DNA of 63,945 bases, filler included, from Pseudomonadota bacterium (lineage in GTDB: Bacteria > Desulfobacterota > Desulfobacteria > Desulfobacterales > JBDRRP01), in assembly GCA_043825735.1 (NCBI GenBank). It is 9 parts of 9 records of this genome, joined end to end, with 100 filler letters (N's around TTAATTAATTAA, not from the genome) between each part and the next. Parts side by side here need not be neighbours in the genome. Positions count along the whole stretch, not along the records: positions 57,371 to 61,317 come from JBDRRP010000137.1; positions 61,418 to 63,945 come from JBDRRP010000138.1; 7 more parts are not named here. One strand, given 5' to 3'. A program made the translations under genes and the position numbers. Positions 57,371 to 63,945 of this stretch are shown in pieces. The notes beneath the pieces are model-generated. The model saw only the letters and a list, made by a program, of their open reading frames with translations. It was not told the DNA's origin and did not search any database. Positions within the stretch are counted from its first letter, which is position 1; the number at the start of each line of letters is the position of its first letter.

Positions 57371-60300
57371 ATGCGGCGTACATTGGCCAGCCCGATGCCG
57401 GTGCCCTCGAATTCATCGGCGCGGTGCAGACGCTGAAACACGCCGAACAGCTTGTCCACATACGTCATGTCGAACCCGACACCGTTGTCACGAACAAAAA
57501 CCACGGTTTCCAAGTCCTGGCCGGGACGTGACCCGATTTCGATTTGGGCCTGCTGCCGGGGCCGGGTGAATTTCAGCGCATTCGCGATCAGGTTGACCAA
57601 CACCATCCGCAACATGGAAGCATCACCATCCACCGTGGGCAGGTCGCCGATGCGCCACACAATGTCCCTGCCGGCGACATCGGGCTCCAGTTCCCGGATG
57701 ACATCACGTACCAGGTTTTCCAGGTCCACCTTCTGGAACGACATGGCATGGCGACCCATTCGGGAAAAGGAGAGGAGATTGTCGATCAACACTCCCATTT
57801 TGTTAGCTGAGTCGGAAATGGTATTCATGTAGTGCCGGCCCTGTTCGTCCAGCGCCGTTCCTATTGTCTTTTGCAGCAGTTCCATAAAACCTTCGATATG
57901 GCGCAGCGGTGACCGCAGGTCGTGCGACACCGAGTAGGCAAAAGCCTCGAGTTCCTTGTTCGCAGCCTCAAGCTGGGCAGTCCGGTCATGAACGCGCTGT
58001 TCGAGCTTCTGGTTAAGTCTGCGGATCTCTTCCTCCGCACGCTTGCGTTCGATACGCGCGCGCAGGACGCTGATGCCGAATGCCAGATCACCGGCCAGTT
58101 CCTGCATGAGCCGTATTTCGTCCGCCGTGAAGGCATTGGGCTCCGCGGAATAGATATTAAGGGCGCCGAAGGTGACGCTGTTCTCGTCTTTGAGAGGCAG
58201 GGCGATGCTGGAACGATACCCGCGATGCAGGGCGTTCTCACGCCATGGGCCGGCTTGAGGGTCTGTCATGAAATCCTGGATGCAGGCAACCGCTCCGCAC
58301 CGGATGGCCGTTCCGGTGGGCCCACGTTCCCGTTCCGTGTCGGCCCCTGTGATGTCGGTGGCAGCGAGATAGCCGTCTTCGACGCCTGCCCACGCCACGG
58401 GGCGCACCATGCTCGTCTCATCGTGCTCCGCATATCCCACCCAGGCCATGTGATAACCAGCCTCGTCACACACGATCCGGCAAATTTCATGGAGCAGGGT
58501 CTGCTCGTCCGTGGCCCGCAGGAGAGTCTGGTTGCAGTTGCTGATGGCCTGCAGTTCGCGGTTCAGACGATGGACCATTTCCTCCGACAATTTTCTTTCG
58601 GCAATCTCCCATGCAAGGTCGGCAAGAAGTGATATTACCTCCACGTCGTTTTTCGTGAAATCGGAAGGTTTGTTTCCTACGCCGAGAATTGCCTTTATTT
58701 TTTCGCCCCGCAAAACCGGGACCACAAGTTCGCGGATTACCGGGGCATGGCCTTCTGGCATCCCTTTTCGATGAGGAAGCGAGGCGTAGTCGTTATGGAT
58801 AACCGGTTTCCGCTGATATACGCAATCGACCCATAGGCCAGCATCGGCTATGGCATAATGGAGCCCTTTTCCCTCGGCCCTGCAGAATTCCGCTTTGGTT
58901 CTTTTGGACCAGTTCTGCAGCGTGAGGTGTTTCTGATCATCTTCAACAAAATGATAGAAACCGATGAGGCTATCGGTGAGTTTTTCAGCTTCATTCAGTG
59001 TTTCCTCAAGCAATTCATCCAATGAATGGGATGCTGCGAACTGAATAAGTCGCATTCGTGATTCATTTATTGTATCAATTCGCTTGCGTTCAGTGATATC
59101 ACGCAATGTCGAGCGACTGTAAAGAATGCTGCCGTCATTATCCCGAACGGCCGACACATTCAGACTGACATCCAGTCTTGAGCCGTCTTTTCTCCTTAGT
59201 TGAAGTTCCATGTCATGGACATCACCCGATTGAGCGAACATTTGGAAGGCTCTCTTTGCTTTTTCCAGACTGGCGGGGTGGTATATTTCAAACAGTGGCC
59301 GTCCGATTATCTCGTCTTTGGAATATCCTAAAGTATCCGCTAAAGTATGATTACATTGTTCTATCAAGGCTGTTTTTGCATTGACGGAGGTATACATGTC
59401 CGGGGCGTTCTCATAAAGATCCATATATCTAGCTTCTGATTCTTTTAAGGCCTCTTCCGCTCGTTTACGTTCAACTGCTTCCCCGATGAACCGGGCCGTA
59501 GCGAGCAGCCGCTTTTTCGCCAGCTCAATAATATAGGGTGGACGGGACTCATACGCCTCGGCGTACTGCCGCAGTTCCTCCTCGCTCACGCCGAAGGCGG
59601 CTGCCAGCTCATGCAGTTTTCTCAGATCACGGGGTGGATCGCCGTAGCCGAAGTTGATGCTCCCGATGATTTCCGTTTCCGCTTGGATCGGGATGGCGTA
59701 CAGATGGATCCCGCTGGCGCACTCGATATCCACCGGTTCATCCGTCTGCATCGCCACACGGGAAGCCTTGGCCCAGCACGACTCGTGGCACAGCCATTTG
59801 CCGCTGCACAGGGCTTCGCGGTTATCCACCGTGCCACACAGGTTCCGCGAGGATAGGTCGAGGAACCGGCACCAGCCGGAGCTGAAGATGCCGAAGGCAT
59901 AGTCGCCGTTCTTCTCATACACCGCCGAGGAGGTCCCGAGAAGTTCCAGATAGTCTCCGGCGATATCGGCAAGCAGGTCTGGGCCGACGGCATCGAGGAT
60001 CGTCCGAGAGGAATTCAGCGAGGTCAGATCGCCGTAAGGCTGCACGTTCTGTGGCCGCGTTTCACCTTCTCCAGGATGCTTGGTCAGCATCCACTCGATC
60101 CGCTTCAGTTCCTGCTGGACCAGTTCGCGCTCCGTGATTTCGTTTTCGAGCGCCCTGTTGGCGGCCTCCAGATGACTCGCGCGTTCCCTGACCTGCCCCT
60201 CCAGATTTTCGTGGGCATTCTGGAGTGCGTCCTTGGCCTCCTTGAGCTCTCTGAAGATGAGATTGAATGGTTCTCGTAGCCCGGTCACCAGAATTGCCCG

Positions 60301-61023
60301 GTAGACAAAATAGAAGGCCGCGAGCTTGAAGTAGTGCCCAAGCATGTTGGCGAAGCCGTACACGCTTATGTAGGCGGTAAAAGATATTTCGGAGAGGGCC
60401 GTGCAGACGATGGAGGAAAAGGTGAGGATGAAGACCCTCTCGGTGAAACGTCCGCGCTCCTTGTAAAGGAGGTAAATAGAGGCAAGCAGGAAAACGGTTA
60501 TCACGTATTCGCTGACGATCTTGAAAGGGGTGAGCCCCTGGCCTTCAACGAAACAGTCAGGAAAATTGCCGGAGAACACCATCGTTACAAGCACCATGAC
60601 CGCCGTGGCATACGCTGCGAGTACAGAACGGTCATCCAATCTGCGTCCCATGAATAATGGTGCGGCGCAGAGGGTGACGGCTTGCAGATAGCGCGCAGCT
60701 ATCCAGAGCTGGGTCGGCAGATTGGCTCCGTAACCCTCAAATACATTCATTCCCTTGTAGGCAAGGGTATGGGTCAGGTCAATCATGGCGATGAAGGCAT
60801 AACCGATGCCGATGAGCCTGAGGTAGTTGTTCGTTAAGTAGCTGCGTGTGTTCCACGTGAGGATGAAAAGCATGAAGCCGACAGAAACAGTCACGATTTC
60901 GATCAGGCTGTGGAACAGAAGATAGCTGTAAAAGCTTGCGAAGTAAAGCGCCAGGACCACAATCAGGATGGTGCTTATCCGGTTAAGTTGTTTAGACATG
61001 TTCTGGTTCTTGTATGAAGGCAT
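57371..61023 (-). CDS. Sensor histidine kinase (MASE3, PocR-like, PAS, two GAF, HisKA, HATPase), 3' end in gap
   Basis: YLLFHSLIE / [12 protein letters not shown]3, Cys-rich sensor, PAS, GAFs, [30 protein letters not shown]. Confidence 0.92.
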
Positions 61024-61114
61024 TCATGACTCCTGTTCTTTTATGGTACCCTCTGATCAGCTCCACATCCTTGGGATCGTCCTCGATCAACAAGATTCGT
61101 TTTAACGTTTCCAT
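60992..61114 (-). pseudogene. Truncated response regulator receiver (first 20 aa)
   Basis: GGAGG RBS; METLKRILLIEDDPKDVELI, then unrelated sequence. Confidence 0.7.
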
Positions 61115-61127
61115 CAAGACCTCCTTG

Positions 61128-61317
61128 TCATGTGTGTGGCAAAGCGAAGTAAAAGGTCGCGCCCTGGTCGGGCTTGCCTTCAGCCCAGGTCCGGCCGCCG
61201 TGCCGGACAATGATGCGGCGTACATTGGCCAGCCCGATGCCGGTGCCCTCGAATTCATCGGCGCGGTGCAGACGCTGAAACACGCCGAACAGCTTGTCCA
61301 CATACGTCATGTCGAAC
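61128..61317 (-). CDS. C-terminus of a histidine kinase (partial)
   Basis: [24 protein letters not shown]; 61213-61317 is identical to 57371-57475. Confidence 0.85.
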
Positions 61318-61419
61318 NNNNNNNNNNNNNNNNNNNNNNNNNNNNNNNNNNNNNNNNNNNNTTAATTAATTAANNNNNNNNNNNNNNNNNNNNNNNNNNN
61401 NNNNNNNNNNNNNNNNNGC

Positions 61420-62388
61420 CTATCCCCCCAACAAAAACCTCTCCGCCTCCTGCAGCAACTGCAAATTCAGCGGCGATCCATACTGGTTGTGCATCTCCAG
61501 CGCCACGTCCAAAAGATTCGCCACATACCGATAGCGCCCCTTGCCCCTGGCCCTGGCACAGAGATAATCCATACAGTCGGCGGCAAGCCCGGCGCAGATC
61601 CCGCCGGCAACCGCTTTCACGTCCTTTTTCTGGATCGTAAATTTGTCGCGCTTGATCGCAATCCGCGAATAGATCTGGTCGAACAGATACGCCCGGTCGC
61701 TCTGGCCGCGCATCTGTTCGTACATCATCTCCTGGCCGCAATAGACGATCCCTACGCGAGCGCAGTCATGCAGTTTACGGACCAGCTCAAACGCCTCCCA
61801 TTTCAAAAAATGGGCGTCGTCGATGATCACCAGCCGCCGGCTGTCGCGCAATTTGTCGATCAGCGACTGCAAAAAATCGCTGATCGATGTCCGGCGGCCC
61901 ACGCCGCCGACCTTGTCGATGATGCGCCGTAGGATCTGCGACGGCGCGCGCGTGGTGATGTCCGCCGTGACAAACACGGTGGCCCTGTTTTGCCTTTTGT
62001 ACTCCTTACAGGTTTCGGTCTTGCCGGTGCCGGACGGCGCCAGCGCGGCCCCCATTTTCTGCTTCTGGTCACAGTATTGCAGCACCTCCCATATCTGTAT
62101 GGCCGCCTGCGTCTTGCAAAACGCGCGCGGGCCGGCCACAAACTCCAGCTCTTCTTCACGTCGCAGCAGGCTCGCAATATCGCGCTCCAGCTCGGCAACG
62201 CTGCCCGGATATTTTTTATTGATATACTGGGATACCGCCGCGCTCGACCGGTTGATCATGGTCGCAATCGTGTTGGCCGACCGTCCGGACTGATCTTTCC
62301 ACAGCAAAAACCGGGCGTGCAATTCCCCGTCGAATTCGCCGCCTTGAACAGCGCTTAAATCTGTCTTTAACGCCTGATTAATCGCCAT
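61420..62388 (-). CDS. MuB-like transposition AAA+ ATPase
   Basis: N-terminal HTH (SAAVSQYINKKYPG), Walker A APSGTGKT, Walker B IIDDAH, SRI; AGGAGG RBS. Confidence 0.85.
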   Translation of the reverse strand: MAINQALKTDLSAVQGGEFDGELHARFLLWKDQSGRSANTIATMINRSSAAVSQYINKKYPGSVAELERDIASLLRREEELEFVAGPRAFCKTQAAIQIWEVLQYCDQKQKMGAALAPSGTGKTETCKEYKRQNRATVFVTADITTRAPSQILRRIIDKVGGVGRRTSISDFLQSLIDKLRDSRRLVIIDDAHFLKWEAFELVRKLHDCARVGIVYCGQEMMYEQMRGQSDRAYLFDQIYSRIAIKRDKFTIQKKDVKAVAGGICAGLAADCMDYLCARARGKGRYRYVANLLDVALEMHNQYGSPLNLQLLQEAERFLLGG

Positions 62389-62466
62389 TTAACCTCCTTT
62401 CAGTATTTGTTTTTTTTCTGGCCTCTGGCCCCCGACCCCTGGTCCGCCGTCCTTCTGGCGGAATCC

Positions 62467-63945
62467 CTATTCCTCATCTATGGGGTTATCCATCTCCAGC
62501 GCAAATACCGGCCGCAGCCGCACCGGCTCCTCTTTTTTCGCAAACACCAGCGGCCTATATCCACGGCCCCCGGCCGCCACTTGTTTTTCCTGATCCCCTT
62601 CAAGCGACGTTTTCAGCACCCGCACCTCGGACGCCGCCCGTACCTGGCGCGCCTCGCGCTCCTGCGGGTGGATGCGCGGGATCGGCGCGGACGCCGGAGC
62701 CATCGCCGCGTACTTTTCCCTGATCTGTTTGACCAGGGAATTCTGTTTTTCTATTTTTTCCATGACCGCATTCTGATTTTTGGGGTTGATCATGCCCCAC
62801 TCCTCTGCCATGCACAGCAGTTTCCCGGCGGCAAATATCCAGACATGGCTTACGTCAAACGGATTGTAGCGCACCGTCACCTCGGCGCCGCCGCAGTTGG
62901 CAAGCTCTGGATGATAGTAGGTAATCGTTTTTTGCAAAAACTCGTGCCGGATTTTCACCTGGCTGCGTCGCACCGTCGCCGGCGTTATCGGCAGGAAAAT
63001 ATATTCGAGCACGTCGGCCGAAAGCGCCGTCACCGGATAGATGGCCGTTTCTTCCCGATAGATTTCAAGCGGGCTTTTGCCCGTATCCTGCCCCCGGTTT
63101 TTAAACCGATGGACATTCCGGGCGTCGATCACGCCAAGCATTCTTTCAGTCAGGGCGGCGACGGATAAGAGGCCGCCCGCGCGGATCAGCTCTTTGAGCT
63201 CTTTTTGCTGCAATTCGTTTTCGCGGGTATCCTTCAATCGTTTACAGTAGCCGGGGATCCCGGCGTTTTTAAGACTTTTGTCCAGCCGCCCGAACCACGC
63301 CTCGATGGGCTTGGCCTGCGGGTGCCGGACTTTCGCGCGGGTGTGCCGGATGCCGCTATCCTGAGCATGCCGGAATCCCTCCGGCCGGATGCCCAGGCCC
63401 GTGATCTGGTCTAAGAGCTGTGTCATGTAGTTTGATTCCTCCGGTTTGCCCCAGTCCGTATAGACCGTGGACGGCAGCCCCCAGGCCACGGCGTTTAAGA
63501 GCGCCTGGCCGACCGTGTACCTGTTATAATGTTTGTACGCGATCGCGCCCCAGGCGAGCTGGGTGCGAAAATCCAGCCAGCAGAAAAGCTCCAGCGTCAC
63601 TACGTTGCCGCCGGCGTCAATTGCATAATAATCGGCCTTGTGCTGGTCCCCGACAAGACACTCCATCGCCCGGTAGGCGGTAAAATCGCGGGCAATCGCT
63701 GGCACAATATCCTCGCGCAGGCCGCGGACGCCTTTGTCCCGGTACGTGGTCACGGATGCGTCCACGCGCCGGGCCAGGTTGCAGAAGGCCCCGTACGTGC
63801 CGATGCGCAGCCCCTGCGCCTGCGCGCGGGAAGATAGGTCGCTGTAAAGAGCCAGCTTTTCGCGGTGCTCGCGTTTATTTGTCATGATCGCGCCCACCGC
63901 CATGTCGGCGGCCGCTTTGTCCCAGGCCCGCAGGCGTCCCGAAAC
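62467..63945 (-). mobile_element. MuA-like DDE transposase of a transposable (pro)phage (5' end outside window)
   Basis: GDQH, YTDWG and AKPIE catalytic DDE motifs; VRYNPFD Mu C-terminal domain; adjacent MuB-like gene. Confidence 0.85.

Overview
This window is a concatenation of nine contig fragments. They are joined by artificial 100-nt N linkers containing TTAATTAATTAA, so adjacency across a linker is not real. Gene content and style suggest an anaerobic Desulfobacterota (Desulfobacterales-like) draft genome or MAG; this is an inference. Core genes include uup, ilvN-ilvC-cimA-leuA, pyrD, hemL, rlmI, yjbQ, cheW with MCPs, a peptide/nickel ABC operon, a MacB-like ABC exporter, cytochrome c' with cytochrome b, and a MASE3 histidine kinase. 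Mobile or accessory DNA includes an IS91/ISCR-like HUH transposase next to an AbiE-like type IV TA pair with a long palindromic operator, HicAB and nucleotidyltransferase TA remnants, a GIY-YIG gene beside a disrupted tRNA-Pro-like 3' end, and a collapsed WYL/DUF6569-like locus. It also includes an integrative-element fragment (ParB, sigma54 enhancer-binding protein, HU/IHF, P4-type primase with iterons), two IS1634-like ends and Mu-like transposase A/B genes. The most unusual signal is non-coding. Two intergenic arrays (36031-36552 and 45986-46239) are built from the same small vocabulary of ~20-nt GNA-loop mini-hairpin modules joined by a constant GTCA-NN-TG linker. They are arranged as two inverted arms around an almost identical junction, but with different module order and copy number. 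Many other nested palindromic repeats and MITEs fill the intergenic regions.
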